Assembly (NCBI GenBank): GCA_900546245.1
Contig: URBY01000002.1
Span: 1-63,528, forward strand
DNA length: 63,528 bases
DNA from: an uncultured Mycoplasmatota bacterium
GTDB lineage: Bacteria; Bacillota_I; Bacilli_A; RF39; UBA660
Direction of reading: 5' to 3'
Below the pieces are notes generated by a model, which had not been told where the DNA came from, searched no databases, and worked only from the letters and a program-made list of their open reading frames with translations. This document shows, piece after piece, positions 41,286-51,099 of the stretch (position 1 is the stretch's first letter; each line of letters starts with the position of its first letter). Both the position numbers and the translations under genes were made by a program.

Positions 41286-41825
41286 ATGGAATTAAAAGGT
41301 AGTAAAACAGAAGCAAATTTACTTGCAGCTTTCGCAGGAGAAAGTCAGGCAAGAAATAAATACACATACTATGCTTCAAAAGCAAAAAAAGAAGGATATG
41401 AACAAATAGCAGCAATATTTGAAGAGACAGCAGGTAATGAAAAGGAACATGCTAAAATATGGTTTAAAGAATTACATAATGGAAGTGTTCCAAGTACAAT
41501 AGAAAATTTAAAAGATGCCGCAGCAGGTGAAAACTATGAATGGACAGATATGTATGCTACATTCGCAAAAGAAGCAAAAGAAGAAGGTTTTGATAGAATT
41601 GCAAAACTATTTGAAGAAGTTGGAAAAATAGAAAAAAGACATGAAGAAAGATATATGAAATTAATTGGTAATATAGAAGATGATTTAGTATTTAAAAAGG
41701 GAGAAGAAACAGTTTGGATTTGTCGTAACTGCGGATATGTTTATGTAGGAGATGAAGCTCCAAAAGTTTGCCCAGTATGTGCTCATCCACAAAGTTATTT
41801 CGAAGAATTAAAAGAAAATTACTAA
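41286..41825 (+). CDS. rbr: Rubrerythrin
   Basis: Di-iron four-helix-bundle motifs (E..H pairs) plus a C-terminal rubredoxin-like CRNCG...CPVC. Confidence 0.93.
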   Translation: MELKGSKTEANLLAAFAGESQARNKYTYYASKAKKEGYEQIAAIFEETAGNEKEHAKIWFKELHNGSVPSTIENLKDAAAGENYEWTDMYATFAKEAKEEGFDRIAKLFEEVGKIEKRHEERYMKLIGNIEDDLVFKKGEETVWICRNCGYVYVGDEAPKVCPVCAHPQSYFEELKENY

Positions 41826-41826
41826 T

Positions 41827-42333
41827 ATGAATAATATAGTTTTATTTGAGCCAGAAATACCTGGTAATACAGGAAATATAATGAGAACATGTGTCGCAAC
41901 TAATACTAAATTACATTTGATTAAACCATTAGGTTTTTCTTTAGATGAAAGTCATTTAAAAAGAAGTGCCGTAAATTATATAGAAAATTTAAACTATGAA
42001 GTATATGAAAATTTTGAAGATTTTAAATCAAAAAACAAAGGAACATATTACTATTTTACAAGATATGGTAAAAAGCCTCATACTTCATTTGATTACTCTA
42101 ATACTAAAGAAGATATATACTTAATATTTGGAAAAGAAAGTACAGGTATCCCAAAAGAAATATTAAGAGAAGATTTAGATAGATGTATGAGAATACCAAT
42201 GACAGATAAAGTAAGAGCGCTTAATTTATCAAATTGTGCAGCAATAGTTATATATGAAGTATTAAGACAACAAAATTATGAAGGTTTATTATTTAAAGAA
42301 CCTCATAAAAGTGAAGACTTTATAATTGAATAG
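41827..42333 (+). CDS. trmL: tRNA (cytidine/uridine-2'-O-)-methyltransferase TrmL (SpoU family)
   Basis: IVLFEPEIPGNTGNIMRTC...LIFGKES.G...N.SN, typical TrmL/CspR. Confidence 0.85.
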   Translation: MNNIVLFEPEIPGNTGNIMRTCVATNTKLHLIKPLGFSLDESHLKRSAVNYIENLNYEVYENFEDFKSKNKGTYYYFTRYGKKPHTSFDYSNTKEDIYLIFGKESTGIPKEILREDLDRCMRIPMTDKVRALNLSNCAAIVIYEVLRQQNYEGLLFKEPHKSEDFIIE

Positions 42334-42342
42334 GAGAATAAA

Positions 42343-42777
42343 ATGAAAAATAGTAAAAAAATATTATTTGTTATTTTATTATTAATTTTATTAATAGTAG
42401 TTGGATTATTAATATGGTTCTTTACTAAGGACTTAAGACTTTCAAAAGAAGAAAAAATAGTAAATGATTTAACAAATATGGGTAATGAAATATATATGAG
42501 TTATTATTATCCATCAGTTTCAAGTGGTAAAAACTTAGATGAAACAAAGAAATTTTTACAAAAATATGAAACAATTGGTTTAAAATTTAATTTAACAGAA
42601 CTTGAAAAATATAGTGAAGATTTTTCTAATAAGATAAAGAATTTTAAAAATGGAGATAAGTCTTGTGATAAAACAAATACTATGGTAATAATTTATCCAA
42701 CTAGTCCATATGGTAAAAATAATTATAATGTACAAGTAAGTTTAGATTGTGGGTTTAAAAAGGCTGAAGAAAAATAA
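42343..42777 (+). CDS. Hypothetical membrane-anchored protein
   Basis: N-terminal TM and a 144-aa ORF with an RBS. No family recognised. Confidence 0.4.
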   Translation: MKNSKKILFVILLLILLIVVGLLIWFFTKDLRLSKEEKIVNDLTNMGNEIYMSYYYPSVSSGKNLDETKKFLQKYETIGLKFNLTELEKYSEDFSNKIKNFKNGDKSCDKTNTMVIIYPTSPYGKNNYNVQVSLDCGFKKAEEK

Positions 42778-42851
42778 CTAGAAATAGTTGTTTTTTTGCT
42801 ATTGATAGGCATATGTGTAATAATAAGATAATGATGTTGAAGGTAATAAAA

Positions 42852-43490
42852 ATGAAAAAAATAGAATCAATTACAATAGAGGATAATGAAGAATATTTAA
42901 GACAAATATCAAAAGAAGTTGATATTAAAAATGATAAAGAATTAATGAACGATATAAGTGTATTAGATGAGTATTGTAAAGAAAATGCAGTAATGGCAAT
43001 GGCTGCTGTTCAACTTGGTATACCTAAAAGGATGATATATTTAAAAAATACTAATTTGGATATTATAAATAAGATGCAAGCTAATACTGTAAGTGAAGAA
43101 GAAAAAAATTATAATGAAGTAAAAGTATTAATAAATCCTGTTATAACAAATAGTGAAGGATTAACCGATTATTGGGAAGCATGTGCTAGTTGTCTAGATA
43201 ATTTTGGAAGAGTTTTAAGACCTTACAAAATAGAATTAGAATATTATGATGTTGAAGGTAATAAAAAACAAGAAACTTTTGAAGGATTTGAATCAACTGT
43301 ATTATCACATGAAATTGATCATTTAGATGGTATATTACATATTGATATAGCAGAAGAAGTGTATCAAATGCCTGCCGAAGAAAGAAAAGCATGGAGAATA
43401 AATCATGGATATAAAGTTTATAGTAAAACAGGTGATTATGAAGTATTAAGAAAAGAAAATAGTAAGAAAAAAGTACTAAAAAAATCTTAA
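42852..43490 (+). CDS. def: Peptide deformylase
   Basis: Motifs AAVQLG, EACAS (EGCLS-type, Cys retained) and HEIDHLDG. The ATG at 42852 is preferred. Confidence 0.85.
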   Translation: MKKIESITIEDNEEYLRQISKEVDIKNDKELMNDISVLDEYCKENAVMAMAAVQLGIPKRMIYLKNTNLDIINKMQANTVSEEEKNYNEVKVLINPVITNSEGLTDYWEACASCLDNFGRVLRPYKIELEYYDVEGNKKQETFEGFESTVLSHEIDHLDGILHIDIAEEVYQMPAEERKAWRINHGYKVYSKTGDYEVLRKENSKKKVLKKS

Positions 43491-43612
43491 TATGATATGG
43501 TATAATTATATGTAATAAGCAGTAGTTTTTTTTGATAATGTAAATTATAAAAAATTAAATAGAAGTATTAATATATATCTATATTTTACGGACTTACTGC
43601 TGATTTAATATT

Positions 43613-44746
43613 TTGATTGCTATAAATACATTGTTTTTAACAACTGTTAAAAATTTATCAGCATCTCAAATTAATTCAATCGATGCAATAAGTACAATTG
43701 TTGGAATAATTTTCCAACTTATTTTAGTAAAAATGGTAAGAAAAATAGGCAATTTAAATTTTGTAAACCTTGGTGTAACGTTATTATTTGTATCTGTATT
43801 ATTAAACACAATTTCTAAAAATTATATTGGTTTTTTGATTGCAGAATTATGTTATGTTATTGGTTTTGTATTTAAACATATGGATAATGTAATTTTAATA
43901 AAAAATCTGAAATATTTAAACAGATCAGAAGAATACATTAATTATCAAACTAAAGGAAGTACAATATATTCATTAATAACTTTATTTATTTCAATAATAT
44001 CAGGTTTTATGTTTAATATTAATCCATATATTCCAATGATAATTTGTTTATTGGTATGTTTTATAAATATTATTTTAACTAATTTTATTTATGAAGTACC
44101 CATTAGTTTTGATGAGTCCAAAGTTATTGAAACAAATTATACTAAAAATAACTTTTCTAAAAAAATAATTTTGATGATAGTTTTATATGGATTATTTTAT
44201 GCTATGATTTGTTGCGGACAAAAAAATAGTAAATTATTTATTCAATTTGATTTACAAAATTTACTTAAAATAGATAAAGTTGCAATATATATGAGTGCAT
44301 TTATATTTATTTCTAGAATTTCAAGATTATTATCTAATTTACTATTCTTAAAAATATATAATAGATATAAAGAAAAAATGCTATATATTTTCGAGTTTGG
44401 ACTTGTTTTAGCATTTATATCGTTGTTGGTTGGTCATTTTATAAGAAGTATTTATGGAGTATATATAATGGCTTTAGGATTTTTTATGTTTTTATTTATT
44501 AGAGATCTATTTGATAATTTTATGAGGAAAATGTTATTTGAAAATAGTAGTGAAAAAGTACATGATAAAATTGTCAATTATATTAACTTGACAAGAAAAA
44601 TATTTATTTTAATATATAGTACTATAGTTGCCAGTATGCTTATAAAATTAAATTATGTTTATGTTATGTCACTACTTTTAATTCTATCAATTTCTTTTAT
44701 TGTTATAATTTATAAAGTATATAGGTTAGTAAGGGAGAAAAAATAA
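43613..44746 (+). CDS. MFS-like polytopic membrane protein, N-terminus apparently disrupted
   Basis: About 10 TM segments and a VRKIG loop at the position of the MFS D-R-x-G-R-K motif. Only a TTG start and no RBS. A different frame just upstream encodes ...KKLNRSINIYLYFTDLLLI*, which looks like the missing TM1. Confidence 0.45.
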   Translation: MIAINTLFLTTVKNLSASQINSIDAISTIVGIIFQLILVKMVRKIGNLNFVNLGVTLLFVSVLLNTISKNYIGFLIAELCYVIGFVFKHMDNVILIKNLKYLNRSEEYINYQTKGSTIYSLITLFISIISGFMFNINPYIPMIICLLVCFINIILTNFIYEVPISFDESKVIETNYTKNNFSKKIILMIVLYGLFYAMICCGQKNSKLFIQFDLQNLLKIDKVAIYMSAFIFISRISRLLSNLLFLKIYNRYKEKMLYIFEFGLVLAFISLLVGHFIRSIYGVYIMALGFFMFLFIRDLFDNFMRKMLFENSSEKVHDKIVNYINLTRKIFILIYSTIVASMLIKLNYVYVMSLLLILSISFIVIIYKVYRLVREKK

Positions 44747-44747
44747 G

Positions 44748-45238
44748 ATGTATAATATTGAAAAAGCTAAAGAAGATGATTTAGAGGAGTATCACGAAAT
44801 AATTCTTTCAAGATGTAAATGGTTTGAAGATAATAAAATAAATCAATGGAAAATTCATTCGTATCCAGTAAGATTTGATGTATCATATTTTAAAAAACAA
44901 ATGAAAGAAAATAAATTATTTATAGCAAAAAAAGATGGTGTTGTTGTAGGTGGTTTTTTGCTTAAAGAAAAGGATTACGATTATTGGTCTGATTGTGATA
45001 ATGTAAAAGCATATTATATTCATCATTTTGTAGCGAAAATAGGTGAAAATGGTCTAGGAAAAATAATGATTGATTTTGCGCAAAAAGAAGCTAAAAAAAT
45101 AAAAAAGAGTACTTAAGATTAGATTGTGTTTCTGATAATAAAAAATTAAATAATTATTATCAAAAATTGAATTTTGAAAATGTTGGAAGTATTCAAATAA
45201 AAAATTGGAGTGAAGATTTATGGCAAATAAAGTTATAA
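44748..45238 (+). pseudogene. GNAT family N-acetyltransferase interrupted by a frameshift in an A-run
   Basis: The ORF stops at 45116. A shifted frame, open from 45095, reads YLRLDCVSDNKKLNNYYQKLNFENVGSIQIKNWSEDLWQIKL* (to 45238), a typical GNAT C-terminal half. The shift falls within A7/A6 runs at 45093-45106. Confidence 0.7.
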
Positions 45239-45912
45239 TTGGTATAGTTGGGAAACATTACATATCAGATAAAAAAAGAACAGATTATTATATAAGAGAT
45301 GAAATTAAACAGGCAATATTTGATAATGATGCAATTGCCATAGGAATATTATCTCCAAATGAAGAATTATTTTATTGTGGAAATAATTGGATGCAATTTG
45401 AAGATAAATTATTAAAAAGTGACATAATTGGTCAAATTAAATTATGTGATGGAATTATCTTACAAGGTGGTATAACTAATGAAGCATATGAGTCATTTAT
45501 TGCAAAATATTGTTATGATAATAACATTTCATGCTTAGGAATATGTGCTGGTCAAAATTGTATTGCTTATGCACTTAATGGAACAATTAAATCTGTAGAT
45601 AATCCGGAAAATCATAATAAACCAAATGAAGAATATGTACATTATATAAATATTGAATATCCATCTAAGTTTTACAATATAGTAAAAGAAAATAGAATAA
45701 AAGTTAACTCAAGACATAAAAATATCTTAGAAAAGTATCCATTATTACAAGTTTCAGCAACTGATGAAGATGGTTATCCTGATGTTGTAGAAAGTGAAAA
45801 TAAAAAATTTTATATTGGTGTTAGATTTCATCCGGAAAGCATATACAAAATTGATACTAATATGAATAATATATTTAGGTATTTTATAGATCAGTGTAAA
45901 AAAAATAAATAA
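45220..45912 (+). CDS. Class I glutamine amidotransferase-like / peptidase C26 (gamma-glutamyl hydrolase type) protein
   Basis: Nucleophile elbow LGICAGQN, NSRHKN and RFHPE motifs in C26-typical order. Confidence 0.65.
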   Translation: MANKVIIGIVGKHYISDKKRTDYYIRDEIKQAIFDNDAIAIGILSPNEELFYCGNNWMQFEDKLLKSDIIGQIKLCDGIILQGGITNEAYESFIAKYCYDNNISCLGICAGQNCIAYALNGTIKSVDNPENHNKPNEEYVHYINIEYPSKFYNIVKENRIKVNSRHKNILEKYPLLQVSATDEDGYPDVVESENKKFYIGVRFHPESIYKIDTNMNNIFRYFIDQCKKNK

Positions 45913-46087
45913 AATAGTTTTTGGTGTATTGAAATATCAAAATAATAATTGTGATCAACTTTAATAGTTGATTTTTTAAAAACAAATATGATACACAAAC
46001 AGAGTTGTAATAAAGTGCCTTGAATAATAATATATTAATTAGCTTAATTCATTTTATATTATACTTTAAAAGTTCATTTTCACTTTT

Positions 46088-46924
46088 TTAATTATTAAAA
46101 TATTTTTCGATTTTTATTTCATTGTTTATGTTATATAATATTCCTATTTTAAAACTATTATTTTCTAAAATAGGTGATAATTCATATATCAAATTATTTT
46201 TAAGTTCATTAATTACAAATTCTTTAATCAAAAAACCATTTGCATATCCATTTGATATTAATGGATATAAGTTATCATAATCATCAACTTTAATAATTCC
46301 ATTTTGTGTAAGATTATAATCTTTAATATAATTATTACATATTTCATTAAATTTACTATTATTTAATATTGCTAAAGGTTTTGTATTTATTTTTTCATTA
46401 TTTGAGTTAGAAACAAAAACTAAATGTAATTTATCTAATACTTTAAATTTTATATTATTATCAAACTTAAAATTTAAAGGTTCTGAAATAAGTGCAAAAT
46501 CAATTAAATTATTTGATAATTGATTGTTTAGTAAATTGAAGTTATTAGTATTTAAAAAAGTGATGTCATGGTTATCTTTTAATAAAAAATCAAACTTTTT
46601 ATTATCAATTAAATAGTTTAGGTAAGTTTTATTAGTTGCAATTTTTAAAGCTTCATCATTTATAATTTTTGAAAAATTATTTTCTGCTTTAATTATATTT
46701 TCAATTTCATCACCAATAAGCCTATATAATTCTTGACCTTCTTGAGTAAGAATAACACCTTTTGTTTTTCTTATAAATAATTTAGTATTCATTTGTTCTT
46801 CCATAGTTTTTAACATTCTACTAATAGATGGCTGAGTTATATTAAGTTCATTAGCAGCCTTTGTTATATTTCTATTTTTAGCAATAATATAAAACACTTT
46901 ATAATATTCAAAATTTATATTCAT
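46088..46924 (-). CDS. LysR family transcriptional regulator
   Basis: N-terminal HTH (FYIIAKNRNITKAANELNITQPSISRMLKTMEEQ) plus a substrate-binding-domain length of 278 aa. Confidence 0.85.
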   Translation of the reverse strand: MNINFEYYKVFYIIAKNRNITKAANELNITQPSISRMLKTMEEQMNTKLFIRKTKGVILTQEGQELYRLIGDEIENIIKAENNFSKIINDEALKIATNKTYLNYLIDNKKFDFLLKDNHDITFLNTNNFNLLNNQLSNNLIDFALISEPLNFKFDNNIKFKVLDKLHLVFVSNSNNEKINTKPLAILNNSKFNEICNNYIKDYNLTQNGIIKVDDYDNLYPLISNGYANGFLIKEFVINELKNNLIYELSPILENNSFKIGILYNINNEIKIEKYFNN

Positions 46925-47040
46925 AAGTGATCACCTCATTAATATTATACCATAACAAAATGTTATAACAAATATAAAATATAAGTATTTTACAAATAAT
47001 AAAAAAATTATTATAATTGAGGTAAAGAGGGGGAGTTAAT

Positions 47041-47340
47041 ATGGAATATAATAATGAAAAATTGTTAAATATAAAAAAAGAAAAGATTATATTATATTTA
47101 ACAAAGGTAGTTGCTGAATTAAATCATTCTTGTAATAATATAATAACAAAAGAAAAATTTCAAAGGGCAGTTATAATGTTTACAAATCTTAATGAAGATT
47201 ATGAAACAATAAAAAAAATTATAGATTGGCATGTTGAAAACGAAAAAAAGCAATATGCTGAACGTTTAAATAGAAAAAGAGAATTTATGAAAATAAGAAA
47301 TGTAAAAACAAAATCATTACAAATGAAACATGTTGCTTAG
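47041..47340 (+). CDS. Small hypothetical protein, paralog of 47419-47763
   Basis: Shares NI(I/L)(T/S).(E/D)K..RA..MF.N..ED...IK..ID with the next ORF. GGGGGAG RBS. Confidence 0.5.
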   Translation: MEYNNEKLLNIKKEKIILYLTKVVAELNHSCNNIITKEKFQRAVIMFTNLNEDYETIKKIIDWHVENEKKQYAERLNRKREFMKIRNVKTKSLQMKHVA

Positions 47341-47418
47341 TTAAATAGCAAAATCATAATAAGAGATGTTTTATATGGTTGATAATAATATAATTAGAAT
47401 TGTTGATAATTTAAATAT

Positions 47419-47763
47419 ATGAAAGGTGGATTGTGTATGGAAGAAAAAAATAACGAAGTAAACAAATACATAGATAATATATCTAGATACTTAAATTTGA
47501 AATACCCAAATATATTAAGTGATGATAAAATATCTAGAGCTAAGAGTATGTTCAATAATTCTGATGAAGATATTGATTTAATTAAAAGAAAAATTGATAT
47601 TTTAGCAAAACAAACAATAGAAGAATATGTTACTCGTAAAGAAAAACAGAAAGTGTTTATTGATGTAATTAAAAAAAGGGTTGGGAATATCGAAGATAAT
47701 TATGGTATTGAATTTGATAGCAGCAAGATTACAAAAAATAACAGGAAAAATAGTAAAGGCTAA
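47419..47763 (+). CDS. Small hypothetical protein, paralog of 47041-47340
   Basis: See the paralog. The C-terminal ~25 codons overlap the possible upstream extension of the next gene. Confidence 0.45.
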   Translation: MKGGLCMEEKNNEVNKYIDNISRYLNLKYPNILSDDKISRAKSMFNNSDEDIDLIKRKIDILAKQTIEEYVTRKEKQKVFIDVIKKRVGNIEDNYGIEFDSSKITKNNRKNSKG

Positions 47764-47764
47764 T

Positions 47765-48145
47765 ATGGATAAAGATGGAAATATTATAATTAAAGAAAGT
47801 GATATTACAGATAAAGTTGTTTATATTAGTTATGAATATGAAGGAGTAACTATCGGATTACTTGCGGTTAAGGATTCAAATGGAAATGTAAAAGTGGTTA
47901 TAAATACATGTCAATCATGTGGTGGTTCTCCATATGCATATTTTGTACAAGTTGGAAATAAAATTCAATGTCAAAATTGCGGTAATATGTTTGCTATTGA
48001 TGAACTTGATAATCTTGTAGAAGATGGTTGTAACCCAATAGCGGTAGAAGATAAACAAATTAAAGATGGAATTATAACTATAGGTACAAAACAGTTAAAA
48101 GAATTAAAAGGTAAATTTGAAGACTGGAAGGGACCAAAAGCATAA
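47765..48145 (+). CDS. CxxC...CxxC...GCNP protein (DUF2318-like soluble domain); start uncertain (47681 or 47765)
   Basis: CQSCGGSPYAYF...CQNCGNMF...DGCNP resembles the Cys motif of DUF2318-type proteins. The usual N-terminal membrane segment is not clearly present. Confidence 0.5.
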   Translation: MDKDGNIIIKESDITDKVVYISYEYEGVTIGLLAVKDSNGNVKVVINTCQSCGGSPYAYFVQVGNKIQCQNCGNMFAIDELDNLVEDGCNPIAVEDKQIKDGIITIGTKQLKELKGKFEDWKGPKA

Positions 48146-48190
48146 AATAATAAAAAAAATAACTTTAAATCATAAAGTTATCTTAATAAG

Positions 48191-48532
48191 TTAAATTAAT
48201 TCTATTCTTATTCCAAGAACTCCATATTGTTCTTGTTTTTCTTTTGTATAAAATTGTTCTAAAACATTTATCAATTGTTCTTTTGTCATTGATTTATCTG
48301 ATAAGATTTCTATATCGAAATCTTTAAACATATCTTCGAATGAATTATATCTTAATAAACCAGTTACTTTTGCAGAAAAACTTTCATTCAAATCAGGTTC
48401 TTTTAGAAATTTTATTTTATCTCCAATCTTAATTTGTTGTCTTTTTTCATCGTTTAATCTTATTTCGATTCTTTTTGTACCATTAAGTATAAAATTAAAA
48501 TACTCAGGTTGCAATTTCATTTCATGTTCCAT
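48191..48532 (-). CDS. ASCH domain protein
   Basis: 113 aa. MKLQPEYFNFILNGTKRIEIRLNDEKRQQIKIGDKI is typical of the ASCH (PUA-like) beta-barrel. Confidence 0.7.
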   Translation of the reverse strand: MEHEMKLQPEYFNFILNGTKRIEIRLNDEKRQQIKIGDKIKFLKEPDLNESFSAKVTGLLRYNSFEDMFKDFDIEILSDKSMTKEQLINVLEQFYTKEKQEQYGVLGIRIELI

Positions 48533-48533
48533 A

Positions 48534-49073
48534 TTATCTTCTACCTTTCATCATAGCGTTATTTAAAATTAATTCTTTTGTTTGAGCAGGGTTTTTACAT
48601 AAGTTACCATCTAAGCTAAATGATTTATCCCATTCTGTAATAACATCATAAAGAGGATCATTTTCATAAATAAATTTTATATATTGTGGCATATCAGCAT
48701 TTTTTGATATTTTTCTCATTTCTTTAAGAGTTAAATACTCATCAAATTCAGTTATATCATATAAATGTAAAGCAAAACAATTTGGATTATTCTTTCCAAA
48801 ATAATCAACTATTTCATGTCCATCTTTTCTCTTATCATAACCTGTTGCTCTTAATATTTCATTTGTATTTCCATTTAAAATATCACTAACTTTAAAATAT
48901 CCAATAATTGCTTTATCTTCTTTTGCCGAATATACATATATTTTTTTGTCAAGCAAATCTTTTTTTAAAGGTGATTTTCTAAATTCGTACAATTTTGTTT
49001 CGTCAAATATTTGTTTAGCGTAGTAGGTCATTATAGAAATAATCGCTATTCTTTTTCTTTGATTTTTTTCCAT
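48534..49073 (-). CDS. ASCH/PUA-like domain protein (longer form)
   Basis: ..YAKQIF.ETKLYEFRKSP....KIYVYS...KAIIGYF.V, an ASCH-like N-terminal half. Stop and start are separated by 1 nt from the downstream ASCH gene. Confidence 0.5.
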   Translation of the reverse strand: MEKNQRKRIAIISIMTYYAKQIFDETKLYEFRKSPLKKDLLDKKIYVYSAKEDKAIIGYFKVSDILNGNTNEILRATGYDKRKDGHEIVDYFGKNNPNCFALHLYDITEFDEYLTLKEMRKISKNADMPQYIKFIYENDPLYDVITEWDKSFSLDGNLCKNPAQTKELILNNAMMKGRR

Positions 49074-49171
49074 TCTATCTCCCTCTCGAAGGGTATTATA
49101 GCATATAATTGACTTTTTTTCAAAAAAATGCTAATATACTAAACGATTTTGAAAAGGGGGATAATAATTAT

Positions 49172-49738
49172 ATGATTAAAATAGAATCTTTAAAGGATTA
49201 TTTATATTTAAATAATGAAGAATTTATAAATTTAGCAACTAAAATTTATATGATAACTGATTTTATATGTGAAGATTATCCAAAACATAAAGAATGGTAT
49301 TTTACAAAACAATTACCTGCAATTACGGGTGATGAACGAAATGTTTTATTTGTAAGAAACCCAGAAAATCAAAATGAAATAATATCAATGGCTTGTTTGA
49401 AAAAGGATGAAGAAGAGAATAAAATATGTACTTTATATGTTTCTGATAAATGTAGGGGCCTAGGAATCGGAACTTCAATAGTTGAAGAATCAATGAAATG
49501 GCTAGAAACTACAAAACCTCTTGTAACACTAGCAGATTATAAATTAGAAATGTTTAGACCACTAATTTCAAAATACGGTTGGGAATTAACAGAAATTGTT
49601 TCGGGTTTATATAATAATAGGTCTGAAGAACTTTGTTTTAATGGTACTTTGACTAAATCAAATGATACTTCTGTTCAAAAACAATTACAAAAAAGATTTA
49701 TTAGAGCTTTAAATAAGAGAATTGATGATATAAAATAG
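49172..49738 (+). CDS. GNAT family N-acetyltransferase
   Basis: Acetyl-CoA binding motif LYVSDKCRGLGIGTSIVEE. GGGGGA RBS before the ATG at 49172. Confidence 0.7.
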   Translation: MIKIESLKDYLYLNNEEFINLATKIYMITDFICEDYPKHKEWYFTKQLPAITGDERNVLFVRNPENQNEIISMACLKKDEEENKICTLYVSDKCRGLGIGTSIVEESMKWLETTKPLVTLADYKLEMFRPLISKYGWELTEIVSGLYNNRSEELCFNGTLTKSNDTSVQKQLQKRFIRALNKRIDDIK

Positions 49739-49926
49739 AGAAAAAACTATAAATCTAATATTGAGAAAAAATATAATAATAGTAGTCAGCATTTATAGAA
49801 TAAATTATTAATAGTTTACGGTAGTAGATTATTAATAATTTTTTTCTTTAGTATATTAGTGTATATAATGATTAAAAAATAAATGGTATAATTATATAGA
49901 TAGTAATTTATAAAGAAGAGATTTTA

Positions 49927-50457
49927 GTGGGTAAAAATATATTAATTATATCTTCATCAATGAGTGGAACAAGAAATACAAAAAAGTTATGTGAACAGTT
50001 TGAAAAAGGAACAAGAGATTCTTTAAATAATGTTGAATTATTAGAATTAAAGGGTAAAAAAATCAACTATTGTTTAGGATGTAATACCTGTCAAAAAAAT
50101 GGAGGTACACGTGTGTATAAAGATGATGTACCGGAAATATTAGAAAAGATGATTAAGTCAGATATCATTGTTTTATCAAGTCCAATATATTTTTATACTA
50201 TTACAGGTCAAATGAAAACTTTAATTGATAGAAGTTATGCAAAGTTTAATTTGTTAAGTAATAAAGAGTTTTATTTTATATTGTCTTGTGCTGCTCCTTA
50301 TGAAGAACCATATAAAGATGATTTAGATATTGCTATTAATTCTTTTAGGGGATTTATTAAGTGTTTACCAAATGCCATAGAAAAGAATGTTATTATAGGT
50401 GATAATATGGCAAGTATGGAAATAGAAAAAAACAAAGGCATATTAAGATGCTTATAA
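49927..50457 (+). CDS. NADPH-dependent FMN reductase / iron-sulfur-flavoprotein-like protein (Cys motif incomplete)
   Basis: ILIISSS...G.T..L..., then CLGCNTC...G-TRV-YKDD, where relatives have a fourth Cys. GTG start. Confidence 0.6.
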   Translation: MGKNILIISSSMSGTRNTKKLCEQFEKGTRDSLNNVELLELKGKKINYCLGCNTCQKNGGTRVYKDDVPEILEKMIKSDIIVLSSPIYFYTITGQMKTLIDRSYAKFNLLSNKEFYFILSCAAPYEEPYKDDLDIAINSFRGFIKCLPNAIEKNVIIGDNMASMEIEKNKGILRCL

Positions 50458-50586
50458 TCTAGGTAAAAATATAAATTAGACAAATAAAATTTGTTAAAAT
50501 GTTAAATATCTTTGCGATTGTTATAAATATCTTTGGTAGAGATGCAAATACTATTTATATTACAATTTTTGTGGGAGGAGAAAATT

Positions 50587-51033
50587 ATGGAACTAAATAA
50601 AAATATTTATAACTTAAGAAAAGAAAAAGGTTTTTCACAAGAATATATGGCAGAAAAAATAAATGTATCAAGACAAACAATATCAAACTGGGAACTAGGT
50701 GAAACATCTCCTAATCCAGAACAATTATTATTACTTTCAAAAATTCTTGAAACAAGCGTTGATAATCTATTGGGTAATAATATGATTTTTAAAGATAGCA
50801 ATGAAAAAATAAATTATATTTCTTCTGGTTCAATGATTGTTTGTGGAACTATTGCAGGAATATGGGCTTTTACTGCAAATAGATTTAATTTACATGAAAT
50901 TATTTTAATTATAATTGGTGGTATAGCAATTGGATATGGAATCAATTTAGTTATTAATGGTGTATTAAAAAAGCTAGAATGCAAAAATACTATAATAGAA
51001 GAAGATAATACTAAATCTAAAAAAACTAAATAG
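50587..51033 (+). CDS. XRE-family HTH regulator with C-terminal transmembrane segments
   Basis: NIYNLRKEKGFSQEYMAEKINVSRQTISNWELGETSP followed by two hydrophobic helices. GGGAGGAG RBS before the ATG at 50587. Confidence 0.8.
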   Translation: MELNKNIYNLRKEKGFSQEYMAEKINVSRQTISNWELGETSPNPEQLLLLSKILETSVDNLLGNNMIFKDSNEKINYISSGSMIVCGTIAGIWAFTANRFNLHEIILIIIGGIAIGYGINLVINGVLKKLECKNTIIEEDNTKSKKTK

Positions 51034-51099
51034 CAAATTGTAAGTATATAAATCATATGTTATAATTGTTTCAAGTAGTTTTTTTAGGAGGAAAAATTT

